Made by a program: the position numbers and the translations under genes. The notes under the pieces were generated by a model, which saw only the letters and a program-made list of their open reading frames with translations, made no database searches and was not told where the DNA came from. 64,000 nt of DNA from assembly GCF_009914755.1 (NCBI RefSeq), contig NC_060938.1, one strand, 5' to 3'. The number at the start of each line of letters is the position of its first letter. Position 1 is the first letter of the stretch. This DNA comes from the human T2T-CHM13v2.0 reference genome, Homo sapiens. Below are positions 27,804 to 42,285 of this stretch, one piece after another.

Positions 27804-30800
27804 TTAAACTTGTTTTCTCTTTCATCAACCAGTAGGAGAGTTTTCACATACATCCCAAGTCCCTACCCTCTTGTTCAACCATGATGGTGTCCCCACCCCC
27901 ATCCTAGAAACTTGTTATGCCTCTTTTCCTAGATTGTGCTACAGGATGGAAGTAGAACCACATCACACATTCCCCTCTCATTCAGCCCCTTTCTTAAATG
28001 GTTCAGTTCTGCTAATGGACCTCCTGCTTCTTGGTTCTAAATACCAAGGCAGTTGTATTGCCCCACTCCAGTTCCCGTTACCAAGATCGTAGTTCTGCCT
28101 TCATCCCTGTGTCTGAATGCTAACTCCAGGACATAACTCAGTCCCCTTCTACCACTCAGACCTGACTATCTCTAACTAGTCCCTTTGCCCAGTGGCAGGA
28201 CCTCTATTCTCCATCCATCACCTTTTGATGCCTACTGGCTGCCTCCCTGAACGTCAGTATATCTGCTGCTTCAATTCCCCATGGCTGGACTCTGTGTATA
28301 TATTAGGCCCCCACTTCTAGTGCAACTGGTGCCCCCATTTGTTGGAATCCCATATGGAACTATCTGTGCTCCCTGGACACAGTATCTTGGTGTGGCAGAA
28401 ACTCCATGTCACCTGGGCCTACCTCCTACCACCTGTCTTGCCCCTTGATGATAGGTTTCCTCTTCCTGCTACATGGTCTTTATAGTGACCAGCAGTAGCC
28501 AGGACACCAATTTCTGGGAATAAACAGCTAATAGAGCTGAAAGAACATCTTCAGGAGACAGGATAACAGAGCTGCTACTGATGTTTCCAAGGAGACCCAT
28601 CCGTTGGACTTGAATAGCTGTGTCAGGGAGAACCATTGAGGAAGTTGAGTTTTTTTTCATTAACTCGGAGTACAATCTTTACCTAGAGCCAAGCCAATGA
28701 GGTTTGAATCCAAGGGAAAGCCAGCTTCCAATACAAATAGAATGTGAGACGTTTTAGAAAAGCAGGGCTTTAAGGGAGCTGAGACACTGCAAAGTAGTTA
28801 CTCTAGTAATGCAAAGGGGTTGAAGGCCAGAAGGAGGCACTTTCTAACCTTCTGGGTGTTCTGAACCCCTGAACATCAGGGCAGTTTGGCTGCTGTGCAT
28901 CTTAACTTCATCTCCAAGTTCTGTGGAGAGAGGGGAAAGTGCTTACATGGTGTATGGGGGAAGCTGGAAGTTTCTCCTCCTGCCAAAGAGCTGCCCACTG
29001 GTGAACCCCTTGCCTTGAATTCTCTCTTCTAAGGACTAAACACAGCTATTATGCATCCCAAGACACACTCACAAAAAAACAAAATGTGTTCCACCTGAGT
29101 TGATAAATTCTCCATTTACAGGGACTGGTTTTTAGGTTAGCTTTTTGCTATCTAGGTAATTAGACATAAGGCGGGTCCATCCGATTAGAGACGAGTAGGA
29201 GGAAAGAGTGCAGTGATGCATTGATTAAAGCATTCACTTGGGAATATGACTCTGGAGTAGAAGACATCAGACTCGGACAGTTAGCCAGGGCAGAGAGAAG
29301 CCAACACAAACAAAATGGCATCTCCACATAACTTCAGAAAGGACCAGAGTGAGGGGGTATATGTGTGTGCACATGTGTGTATCTTTCAGAGTGAAATAGA
29401 TGAAGTGAATTTCTAGCTGCCATTTGTCTATATTCACAACCCTTTAGAGCCCTGTCATCTTGAGTATGTAAAAAAATAAGTGCTTGTGCTTCCCTGAAAA
29501 CAGGCAAATTCTACTGATTCTTAGTCTCAAATAAACGTAAAAAGCTGTGGGCTTAAAACTCAGCTTATTTATTTATTTATTTTGATGGCACTTAGAATAA
29601 AATGTTCCAAATTGAACATTTAAAAGGGAACAAACAAAGTAACCCATTATGCAAATGGTATTATGGGATGTCGAGTCCCTGGGCAAAGGAAGATAAATGA
29701 ATTTATAATTGTGTTTTAATCTTCCCTGCTGGAAACAGTTCCTTGCCTCTTTTAATCTGATGCCAATCTTTGAGTCAAGAGATGGTGACTTTAATCTAGA
29801 ACTTTGTCAAGATGGCTGTCAATTGCCTTGGTTATAAACAGTCTTATAATTTTGCCTCCAAATTGTAATGTCATTTTCAATTCCCTTTATCATTACAAAT
29901 AGATGTTCTGTTATAAAAAATTGAATGATGAGCTTTGTTGTATACTTTAAGTGTTATTTTTATGAAAAATGCCTAAAATTTGGAACTGGGAAATAATAGA
30001 AATGATTAAGTGATTAAGGAAACAATCTGTAATTGACATACTCCTCCCTCTAAATTACATTTTCCAATGGTTTATTTATAAAAGTTGACCAATCCGGTTT
30101 GGTTATTTCCATACATACGAGTCTGTATCTCTCCCCTGAGGAGTTTGCTGGCAGACACGCTAGGAGCAGTAATGAGTTTTCCAATCCAGACCAGCTGGAA
30201 TCAAGGCTCCAAGTATTTATTCTGTGCAAAGAATGCACCACTTGTCACATAGATATAAAAATCCTTAGTGAAGCATTAATAAAGAGAGCTGTTTACCCTT
30301 TGTGTAGCTATTATAGAAACCAATAAGAATCTAGAAATGTAGGTGTTTGAGTAAGATAAATTTAATTGTGTTTTTCTCAGTCATAACTCTCCACTGTTGG
30401 TGGGGAAGAATAGAGTCTCAAGTTCTGTTAAATTACCGAGCTCTGATCCTGAAAAACATCAGTTTTCCTTCCTTAAGACCCAATTACAAAGCCTATAATT
30501 ATACCATTGTCATCCAAGCAGAGGCAAATACACTTCATCTTCTGCAAAGCAATGGGCTGAAATGTAATTCTTCTACAAGACTAACAACAAGCCACAGTTA
30601 TTTCAGAGTCATGGCCATGCTTGAAATTGAAGACCACTCTCCAAATACAAGCTGGCTCTCCGGTATGGCCTGATGTGCTAACTCACAGATAGTACTACTA
30701 GGAAGCTTGAACGGGGGTGATGAGTAGCTCTTCAGTCCTCCCTCCCAAGTGACTGTCTACAGCTGACAAGCCTCATTGTCCCTCCAAGCATGACCCAGCC

Positions 30801-31224
30801 AATGAAATTTTTGAGTAGTCTCAGCAAAGGAGTTCCTCTCGGACAAGTATAACATACAAACAATTAAGGAAATTTTGTCTAAGAGAAAAAAATTATCTTA
30901 GCATATTCCAGTTAACTTATTTTAAATAACGTTTGCATAGAAAAAGGAATTTGAGACTTCACACGGAGTCATGCTTCCAAGGCACCTATCCCCGTGGAAT
31001 TGGTGAAGCATTATATCAAAACTTAATCAAAACTTGAGATTTATTTAATATGAATCAAAGTGTACCATGAAGTATATACTGTAGTAAAGACAATTTGTCT
31101 CATCTCATGGCACAACAAAGGAATATTATTTAGAAATCAAGGACACAAAAGAAATGTAGATTTAGATGTAGACCACCATCCATGGCACCCTGTAGGCAAG
31201 GGGATTTTTCTCTAAGGGCAGCGA

Positions 31225-31420
31225 AAAAGAATGCTGGAGTCCCAGCTAGTCCACTTTGCTGAGCTGTGAAATCTTGGGCAAGACATTTATATTCTCAGAA
31301 GCGCATTTCCAGCTCTGTGTAGTGGGGATAAGTGTACTAATGTTCCCTGTAACTTTCTCCCAGGGGTGTTATAAGGAGTCAGTGAGAAAACGCATATGAC
31401 ACTATTTATAAACTGTACTA
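31225..31420 (+). mobile_element. MIR relic
   Basis: GCTGTGAAATCTTGGGCAAGACATTT..GTGGGGATAA..CAGGGGTGTTATAAGGAGTCAGTGAGA. Confidence 0.6.
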
Positions 31421-31784
31421 AATACTATTATAATGGTGGTCAGTCTTCTTTTTATTATTAATTTTACCTCTGATATAATCTAAAGAGGAAGTATTTTCCT
31501 TGTGACCTTTCTCATTTCTGAGGTCCAGTGCATTTTCTCTCATTTTGGAAAATTTTAACCACTAAAAGTCAAAACGATACAAGCCTTACTCCAAGTATTA
31601 ACTGACTTCCCACCTGGGATATTGCTGGGAGATTTGGATTATCTTGTTGCCACCATAGCATTGTTTTACCATGAGTGACTGTGGCTATTTGATTATAGCT
31701 GTCTTATTATAGCAAATTATGCATGTAATTCTGAATAAAACAGCCAACAGCTTCAGAATTACTCAAGCAAGCCAAGCCTTTGAC

Positions 31785-32298
<514 letters not shown>

Positions 32299-32837
32299 CA
32301 CATTTTAGCAAACATTTTCTGAAAGAAATGAATAAAATATAGTTCATCAGTGTTCTGAGAGTTAGTTTTCCTAGCAGAAAGGACAAACTCATTCAGTTCC
32401 AATTTTGAGAGCTTAGAAGAAGCTTGAGTTTTTTAACTTAGAGATTCCTATTCTTCCTGAAATCCAGGACAAACCCAACTTTTCAGTCACTTTCTCCACT
32501 ACAACAAGGAGGTCATGGTGATCCTTACACTGTAATGAAATAGTGTCTGTACTCATTGCTGACTTTGTGCAGTGAAGAAGACTTTCTGTGGAAGGGTATT
32601 GGAGAGATAAGAAAGGAATGAGGCAGAGACTCCTGGTAGCACAAAATTTGGGGGCCCTATCACCAGTAGGTCTTGTGTTAGATAAGCCCAGGGACTCTTT
32701 GCCACAGATACATTTCAGTCACTATAAAATGGGCAATATGATTTGATTTGGCACTGAATTTTAAGAGACATTCACTCCACGCATTAGCAAACCTTGTTTG
32801 TATATGGATGTACCCATTGTGCCCTAAGGAATGGTAT

Positions 32838-34125
32838 TTCAAAAACTGCTCTGTGAAAGGCACCATTAAGAAAATGAAAAGGCAAACAACAAAATGGGAA
32901 AAAAATATTCACAATACATATATATGTCAAAAAATTTGTGCCAGGTGTATATAAAGAACTTTTACAACTAAGCAATACAAAGACAAACAACCTAATTTAA
33001 AAATGGGCAAAAGACTTCAACAAATACTTTGCCAAAGAAGATATATGAGTGGCCAAAAAACACATGAGAAAATGTTCAACCTCATTAGTCATCGAGGAAA
33101 CACAAATTATATACCACAATGAAATATCATTATACATGGCTAAAATTAGAAAAGGTGCAGAGCAACTTGCATTCTCACACACTGCTGATAGGAATGTAAA
33201 ATGGTACTACCAATCTGGAAGAGAAAGGAAGTTTCTTATCAAGTTAATCAGTATTATTCTATGATACAACAATTCCTCTCCTAGATATTTCATTCAATAT
33301 AAGTAAAAATATATGTCTACACAAAATTTGTACACAAATGTTTATAACAGCTTTATCCTTAATAGTCAAATACTAGAAACACCGAAATGTCCATCAGGAG
33401 GTGATGAATATACGAAGTGTGATATATCCATACCATGAAATTAAAAATCAGCAGTTAAAACAAGTAAACTGGCGAGTACGGTGGCTCACCTCTTCCAGCA
33501 CTGTAGAAGGCTGAGGCAGGTGGGTCCCTTGAGCCCAGGAGTTTGAGACCAGCCTAGGCAACATGGCAAAACTCCATTTCTACAAAAAATTCAAAAATTA
33601 GCCAAAAATTAGCCAAGCATGGTGGCACGTGTTTGTGGTCCCAGCTACTACGGAGGCTGAGGTGGGAGGATCACCTGAGCCTGAGGAGGTCGAGGCTGCA
33701 GTGAGCCATGATCATGCCACTGCCCTCCAGCCTGGGCAATAGAGTGAGACCCTGTCTCAAAAATACGTAAATAAAAAAAATAAAATGAGTGAACTATTCA
33801 TCTATGAAACAACATGGATAAATCTCAAAGATATTATGCTGATCATTAAGAAAACATAGATGCAAAAGAACGTACATTTTATGATGCTGAAAAAGACAAA
33901 TCTAATCTATAGTAATAGAAAGCAGATCACTGATTATCTGGGGCTGGGGGAAGTGATTATGGTATTATATAGTGATTCAAGAGAGCTTTACTGAGGTGAC
34001 GAAAATGTTCTGTATCTTGACTGTGGAGATGGTCACACAGACGTATACATTTGGTGAAACTGTCCAGTAGTATAGGTGTATTTTATTCAATGTAAGTTGT
34101 AGTTCTGTAAGGTTAATTTTAAAAG
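32838..34125 (+). mobile_element. L1M (L1MD/ME-like) ORF2 C-terminus and 3'UTR, interrupted by an AluJ
   Basis: Peptides KGTIKKMKRQTTKWEK and MAKKHMRKCSTSLVIEE; AAATGTTCTGTATCTTGACTGTGG 3'UTR motif. Confidence 0.85.
33471..33781 (+). mobile_element. AluJ
   Basis: J diagnostics CTTGAGCCCAGGAGTTTGAG, GGTGGGAGGATCACCTGAGCC, GAGGCTGCAGTGAGCCATGATC, GAGACCCTGTCTC; TSD-like AAAA(CA/TG)AGT(A/G)AACT. Confidence 0.93.
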
Positions 34126-35712
34126 CTGACATGAAAGAACATATATAAATACACCAAAGTAAAACTCGACATCAAAACATTTATGTTATATACAAATTGT
34201 ATTAAAGTATTTTTATTTTACTGGAATATAAATAGCTAAAATGAGATTGGAGTATATAAATTGAAAGGAGGTTTATCCATATATTCTTTTAACAGTCATA
34301 TAGTGATATATCTCAGAGAATATGCAACACAATGTACTTAAATCTCTAGAAAACATTTACACATTTATGTCTTTTGTCTTTCAGTAGAGAACAGTAAAGA
34401 ATGTATAGCTCTAAAAAAAAAAAGACTGGTGTCATTTTTATTTAAATTCATGGAAGAGAAGCATGCATTGCTTTGTTGATAGACGCGGGCAGGTTAAGAA
34501 ACTTAAATGCAAAAACCCTATGCAAGAAGTAGGTCTTAACCCCAACCAAAAGAAGAAGAAAGGCAGGAAAAAAAAAAAAGGCTAGCAGGGCTATATTGGG
34601 ATTATAAATTTTCATGCAGGAGGCTTAATACATATTGTGGAATTCAGCTCTTATTTCATCCCTAAAATTTTGTTTCTCTTCTTTAACTGACCAAGATAAA
34701 TTTGTGATGAGCAGAAGTGATATTTATGTACCATAAATTCCTAGCTTTGAACAAATCATATTTGTGGTCACATCTGGTTTCAGGCTACATATTTATGTAA
34801 CCCTTTCTCAGAGCATTGCACAGAGCTTACTTAAAATGTAATTGAAAATGTGGGTATAGAATGAATTACTTTTAAGTGTAGTAATCATTTAAAATGTACC
34901 AGGATTAAAGGTCATTTAAATGACTCATCTCTGGAAACATAAAGTGAAAAGATAGAATTCTTAATTTAGCTGCTCCTTAGATTTGTTTTTTAGCAGAATT
35001 TTAAAAGCACCTTAAACATACCTCATACTGATTTATTCAAGACCACACATCAAACCATAAGTGAATTCTTATGTAAAATGTCTTATTTCTAAATACCAGA
35101 AAGTAATCTGGTCTTAATCTCAAAATTTTTGGGTTATGAATGACATGTAAACAATATCATTTTTAGCTGTGTATCTTACATGTGGTTATTTACATGTGAT
35201 GACATAAATCTGAAGAACAGGGGCACGGGTAAAATAACAAAATGATGGTCAATTTAAGCTTAACCTTTGCAAATAGGCTTTCTGTTTTTCAATTAGCTTT
35301 GTTGTTTAGGTTTCTGTCTACCATATTGCTATTATAAAACCCTGTAGCACCATGTTTTGGTAGGGGCAGCAACATAATGAAAATGCCTGTTTTCCCTTCC
35401 ACTTTTAAAAGAAAGTGCTCTAGGAAATGGAGCATGAATTTAAAAGTCAGTCATGTGTATCTGCACCTCAGCATCATAAAAATATCATGGATTTGACAAA
35501 TTTGCACAAGTGTCCTTTTTTGGGAATTTGAAAAGGGAATGTTGCATTTTCTTTTGGATTGAAAATTCTTCCTATGTTGGAAATGTCTTCAGCAGCTACA
35601 GCAAATTAGATTTGGCCTAGAGGAGTCAGACCTAAAAGAAATCCTACTTTGGACAAAGTTAAAATATAATACACATTGAAAATGCAAGACATAATATAAA
35701 CTTTTATGTACA

Positions 35713-35815
35713 GCACTTACTTCAGCAGCCTGTGTACTCAATTGGAACAATATGGGGAGATTAGCATGGCACCTGTGTAAAGATGGCATGCAAATCCTTT
35801 TATGCTTCACATTTT
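35713..35815 (+). pseudogene. U6 snRNA retropseudogene (full length, degenerate)
   Basis: Colinear with U6: CTTCAGCAGC..TACT.AATTGGAAC.ATA..AGATTAGCATGGC.CCTG.G.AA.GATG.CA.GCAAAT..CATTTT; the ACAGAGA box is mutated to ATGGGGA. Confidence 0.9.
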
Positions 35816-36979
35816 ACAAAAATATAGGTTATAGACATGATCTGCATGGGATTAAAATCTGTATGGAAATACAACAAAATGGAAACACTAATCATCTCTG
35901 GGAATTAGAACTATTATTTTTTAACCTCTCTGTAGTTTTAAATTTTCAACAATAGGGGTGTACAAATTCATAATCAGGAAAAAAACATTTAAACATAAAA
36001 TGATGTATTTATACAAGCTGACTATTTGATTATCTGAAGACAAAAGCAGAATTTACAAAAGTGAATGAAAAATAATGTTTTTCTTTAAGTCTTAGTGCCT
36101 TGGGGAAATAGCTTCTAAGCTCTTCTGAACAGAATGATTTTGTGAAAATAAAATGTTATGCTACCTCCCAGCATGAAAAACAGGCAGAAAAAAAAGGTGC
36201 CTTGGTGGGGCAAGATAAGAGCCGATGACCAGATGAGCCTTCCCCTTAGCCTCTGTGGTCCTGGAAGGCACATATGCAGAACTGGGGCAACGCTGAATAG
36301 AGCTGGAAAGCAATTGTCTGTGGCTGAGGATTATGAACTCAGCTATGAACTCAAAGACAGAAACCCATGCAAGTGATGCCTTGCCATCTAACCCAGTGCT
36401 CGTGACATGGTTGCTCCTGTAAGTGTATGCTGCTTGGCTGTCTGGCCATCTTACTTTCGTGGCCATCTGGTCTTTGTGATGTAGAATAGGATGGTGACAA
36501 ATTCAGGGTCCTTCCCACATTGTTTGCTCTGGAACTCCCCTAACACATGATAACTCATGCATAGGTCAAGGAGGCCTCTAGCACCTAAGTCTTACTTGTG
36601 AAATGAGCTACTGAACACATGAACATCTGCAATTTAGGGCCAATTTAAATTTCAAAGCAGATTTATTAAAGCATTCTGTATTCAGTGTTACACGTTTGGA
36701 AGTGTGCTCTATAACAGTGTTGTTGACCAAATTGTGCATAGTAAAATGCCTATGGTGGAAAGCATATGGTTATTACAAATATGATTTAAATGTGTTTTGC
36801 AGATGATTTTGTGCTAGCAATATCAGGGATAAAGCCTCCAGAACAATGCAGGGTATGGGAAATGGCCCAGCTGCTTAGACCATGCATGCAGTTTGCTCTT
36901 TTATAGTTGATCATTTTTGTACACACATACACAATATCTCATATCTTATGTACAAAAATATACACATAGATGCATGTGA

Positions 36980-37225
36980 TTTGCAGTTAAGAATCTGGAC
37001 CCTGAATCCAGCCTTTCTAAGTTCAAATCTTGCCTCTCCCCTTTACTAGGCATGTCCTTTGGGCAAGTGGGTTTATTTTTCTGTGCCCCACCTCCTTCCT
37101 CTGTAAATTGGAGGTCAAAAGGTAACTTATAAAGATTTTAAAATATAATATATATAAAGATCTTAGCATAGTGCCAAAACATAGTAGTCACTCAATAAAT
37201 ATTATGTATTATCATTTTATCATTA
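36980..37225 (+). mobile_element. MIR SINE
   Basis: GTTAAGAATCTGGAC..GTTCAAATCTTGCCTCT..TTACTAG..TTGGGCAAGT..CTGTAAATTGG..CACTCAATAAAT. Confidence 0.8.
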
Positions 37226-37402
37226 TATCGTATTTATTTTCTAGAAGGAATTATGCATGACCTTAGTAGGTGTTTTGCGGGGAGCGGGACCTCTGGGGGC
37301 AAGGAGAGGTCCTTTCCATTCTGTACTATTCTCTACCATTGGATTTGCTGTTCTTTCATATACATTACTTTTTTATTTTTATGACGGGGGGGGTCTCTTT
37401 GT

Positions 37403-37784
37403 TGTTTAAAGAAAGACTTTAGACAAATTAAATTTAACAGCATTTAACTGAGCAAAGAACGATTTGCAAATTGGGCAGCCCCCTAAACAAGAATAGGTTT
37501 AGAGACTCTGGTGCTGCCACATGGTTGGAAATTTAGGGATAGAAAAGGGAAAGTGATGACATACAGAAAATGGAAGTGAGTTACAGAAACAACTGGGTTG
37601 GTTATAGCTCGGCGTTCTCCTTATTTGAACAGTTGGCCACTTGTGATTGGCCAAAACTCAGTGATTGATGCAAGAGTAGGTTGCAGTCTATTTGTTTATC
37701 CAATTAGGTACAGTTCACTATGTTCAGAAAAGCCTTTAGGCCAAATTTACAAGGATGCAGCTTTAAGCTAAACTTAATTTAACT
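37403..37784 (-). mobile_element. ERV1-class solo LTR (MER93-like)
   Basis: Ends ..CCTTTAGGCCAAATTTA..GCAGCTTTAAGCTAAACTTAATTTAAC (reverse of the MER93 start); 4-bp TSD TTGT at 37399-37402 and 37785-37788. Confidence 0.8.
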
Positions 37785-37860
37785 TTGTGCAGAAAGATTT
37801 TTACTTCTTTTTCTTTTTGTATCTCTCTATTAAAAAACACACAATCCAGGATTGTGTGTT

Positions 37861-37919
37861 GGGTGGGTGGGTGGGTGGATGGAGAGAAAGAGAGAGAGAG
37901 AGAGAGACAGACAAATAGA

Positions 37920-37968
<49 letters not shown>

Positions 37969-38034
37969 GACAGATGATAGGTGGGTGGATGGATGGATGG
38001 ATGGATGGATGGATGGATGGATGGATGGATGGAT
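37861..38034. repeat. Compound STR: (GGGT)4, (GA)n, (TAGA)12, (GGAT)12
   Basis: (TAGA)12 at 37921-37968; (GGAT)12 at 37987-38034. Confidence 0.97.
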
Positions 38035-38100
38035 AAAGGTTTTTAAGTACAAACAGAAGGGAAAATGAAGCTCAGACTTGTTTTTTAAAGGCCCTTCTTT

Positions 38101-38427
<327 letters not shown>

Positions 38428-39104
38428 TTTTTAAAGACCCTTCTTTCTTTACAAGATGTTATACTTTTCACTGCTTAATTTGAATCCCTAGTAAATATTC
38501 TGGTGGAACTCCCTTTCTCCTGCCTCCTCATTTTGTGTTAATTGCATCACCATAACCCCTGACCTTACTACTTTCAACTCATCTTCCATTTCTTCTGGAA
38601 CACACACTTTTTTACAACTGGAAAGTTGTAAAATAGAAAAGATTCATTATTTTTACTCTTCTAAAAGAAGGTCACATGAGTCACTTGAGGGGGTCCACTG
38701 TGAGGCACAGACTCTGCCCTCAGGAAGTTGACAGTCCTTTGAAGAAGATGAATGAGTAACCATACAAGTGCAAGATGTTAAAACCACCATGAAAGGGGTG
38801 AGCTCAGAGTCCTGGCAGGGCACAGGAGGCATCCGGAAGGAGGCTAAGGAGTGACATCTATTCTGGGACACTGGAGAACAATACCAGTGAGCTGTGTCTT
38901 GTACAAGTCTGAGTAGTAAGCCATAAATTGATCTTCGCTTCTTAACAAGTCCTCGCCCAGGGCTGCCCTGCTCTTGATAGGGACTATGCTCTGTAGCCTG
39001 AACTCTAAACAGCTGCCTAGAAACCAGAGCTGAAGGGATGCAAGAGAGAACAAAGTACTTGGCATTCACTCAATGATTTCCTTTAAAGGTGGAGCAAGTA
39101 CTGT

Positions 39105-39492
39105 CCCCAGATCATGTCTCCTCACCCTTATCACCTCGGTGTACAGGAGTTGCACCTGCCGCCACCTCTTTGTTTGAAGGTTTTCTCTGGTCTCTGGAAC
39201 CCACTTTGATACCCACTTCATGAGCAAGAAATACCAGGGAATTAATATTCTCAGGAGAATCCCCCAATCAATAACTGACAGGAGTTAGAATATAAACATC
39301 CCAGCTCCCTTGCCCCTTGGGTGGGATGACTATGAAGTTTGTGTTTCCCCAGAAATGAGCTCCCATTGACCACAGTGATAGGTCCCTGTCCCTTTGCTGT
39401 CTCACTTTTCCTAGTCCCCTAATAATGCTCTTTTCACCTTCCAAATAAGCCTCTTACACTAAATTCTTGTCTGAGGCAACCCAACTTAAGAC
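39105..39492 (+). mobile_element. ERVL LTR (LTR16C-like)
   Basis: CCAGGGAATTAAT..CAATCAATAACTGACAGGAGTT..TATAAACATCCCAGCTCCCTTGCCCC..GGGTGGGAT; ends CAAATAA..AACCCAACTTAAGAC. Confidence 0.7.
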
Positions 39493-40742
39493 CCATGAGC
39501 AAGCCCATTTGCAAACAAACACAACAACCACTTTTTATATTATCCTACATTCTCCACCACTCTCATCAGATACTGTCTCTGTTTCCACTCACGGACCTGT
39601 CACAGTGCTCAGCACACCACAGGCTTGCCGCTTTGCCTCTCTCGTTGAATTGTAAGGGCTTTGAGAACATGGACTCTGTCTCTCATCTTTCTATCTTCAG
39701 CACCTCAGTAAAGTCTTCCTAAATGAATTTCCTGTGGGTTCTGCAATCTTCCTCAGGGAGAATGTCTCAGCTGAAGACATATTACTAAATACCTGGCAAG
39801 AAGGACAAGGTAGATGAGTATGGGAATGATGTCCTAGAAGGAAGAGAGGAAAGAAGTAGCCCTGATAATGTATCCACAATCAAATGTAACCCCTGCCCAT
39901 GGGTAAAGTACACACATTACTGTGCTTCAACCTCTCTGTCTCTAAAGTGGAGATTAAATAACACTTGCCATGATTTAGTGTAGGAAAAGTGCTTTGAAAC
40001 TTCGGAAAGACTCTATATGATTAAAGAAGTAGCCACTGTTCCATTATTTAAATAATCTCATTGGCAAAGGCCATGCATTAGTCATCACAGCAGAGTTTTT
40101 TATGTTCACTGAACATCTTTCATCTGAGGCCATCACCATGGTTTATAAACATTAACTCAACATATTCCTCAGGACAACATCCAGACTGGTCCTTTACATG
40201 AATGAATAAACTGAGGACGGGAATGGCTAAACAGCTTGTCCCCAAACATCCATAGTTGGGGCCAGGCAACAGGTTACCATTAGGCAAGTTAGTAATCAAG
40301 AGATAGCCTTATATAAATATTTGGGTAGATGAGACAAATAGATCAGATAGGCAGACCCATAAGGAAAATAGTACTCTCTCCTCCTTTCCCTGCTTCTCAT
40401 AGAAACAACATTCCCAATGGGGTCTCTAGAAAAACCTCCACTGAATAACAGGTTTCATGAATTATGAAAACCCCTGCAAAATATGTCAGAGTTGCTTTAT
40501 GCTCAGCAGCTTCTCTGTGCATCCCATAGGAGCCCATCCAAGTGGTCCTAGATTTTTCATGCTTCTGACAATAAAACTAACTGTAACTTTCAGCCAGATA
40601 AAGAGGGAAGGCTGCTGTACCTTTATGAGAGACAGATGGTGAGGCATACATTAACATGGCTTCCACTGCAGTCAAATATGATCCCTCTGTTCCAGCATCT
40701 GGTCTGCAAACACAGAAGGACTCCTTCAGTGAGGCTCAGTGG

Positions 40743-41031
<289 letters not shown>

Positions 41032-42029
41032 TCAGTGGCAAACCCCACTGGTGGTTAGGAGTTGCCAATTCCCACTTTTGCCAGTGGATCATCCAGCTGA
41101 GGGGTAGAGCAACTTGTGTTCTCTCCCCAGCTGGCCCTCAGAGATCACCAAAATCAGTAATACTACAATGTGAAGCACAAAGCACTAGGAGCACTAGGAA
41201 TAGGCAGATTTTCCACCTGGTTTTGCCTGCTGTTGTGGCCTTGGAAAAATCACTTTTCCTTCCTGCTTTTTGGGCTCCCACAACTATAAGATGAGGAACT
41301 TTAGCTATATCTCTAATCTTCCGTATGTATAATTAAACCCTTGCATTCCAGAATTTTGGGGAGCCCATTAGAAGGTCCCCAAAGGTAAAACACCAAGATC
41401 CCCAACCCAGCTACAACCAATGGTTTTACTTTTATCTCTGTCATTTATATATTGGGTTTCCATGTGAGATTGCATTGGGGAAAGAGGGTAGGCTTGTGTT
41501 TGCTCAAAAAAAAAAGTTTGAAAATCACTGGTCTTAGTACCTGCTTTTTCTGACTTTGAATACAAAGAGGAAATCATTTGATAGTTCTGATATCCTGTGG
41601 TTCTTTTATATCAGAGCAGAATGGAATTGAACCATGTCCGTGCAGAGAAATCTTCCAGCAAAACTAGCCAGTGCATCAAAGAGCTCCCAGGAAGCTTCCT
41701 AGAATCAACAACCTCTCACCCCTTAACATCCCCCAGTTTCCTCCTGCCACTAAGGCTCAGTAGAGCTTTCCCATCAAAGGGTGCTAATCTCTCTTCTTCT
41801 GTTAACTTAATTGGAAAGCATCCTCCAGTCTATGAGCCCCATATCTCCTCTCACAGGCAGACACTTACTATAACTATCATAAGTCACGCTTTCCAAGGCA
41901 CACAAGATGAATAGTTGGTCTTGGGGGACATGCTGACAGAACAGCCCTGCAGACCTAGAAACATGGTGTTTTGTGTTTTCAGTTCATGCCTTTCCTCTAA
42001 ATGGGGAAGAAAACACTTTATAGTGTCTG

Positions 42030-42285
42030 AAAGCATATATTATGGTGCTAGACTTCTTGGGCTTAAATCCTAGTTGTACTTCTTACTAACTTTTTGGCCT
42101 TGGGCCAGTTTCTTAACTTTTCTGTGCCTACGTTGACACATCTATAAAAAGAGAATAACAATAATCATGAAAATGCCTATCTACTTTTCAGGATTGCTGT
42201 GATAATTAAATGAGCTCATACATGTGAATGCATGTAAAGTGGTTGATGTTTAATAAGCACTACAGAAGTGTTTGCTAATTAAAAA
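42030..42285 (+). mobile_element. MIR SINE
   Basis: AAATCCTAG..CTTACTAAC..CCTTGGGCCAGTTTCTTAAC..TCTGTGCCT..AGGATTGCTGTGATAATTAAATGAG. Confidence 0.75.

Noticed and set aside
34911-34924. Perfect 14-bp palindrome GTCATTTAAATGAC
   Set aside because: A few 14-bp palindromes are expected by chance in 64 kb, more so in AT-rich DNA.
35713-35815. Functional U6 snRNA gene
   Set aside because: The ACAGAGA box is destroyed, there are many substitutions, and no convincing upstream PSE was seen.
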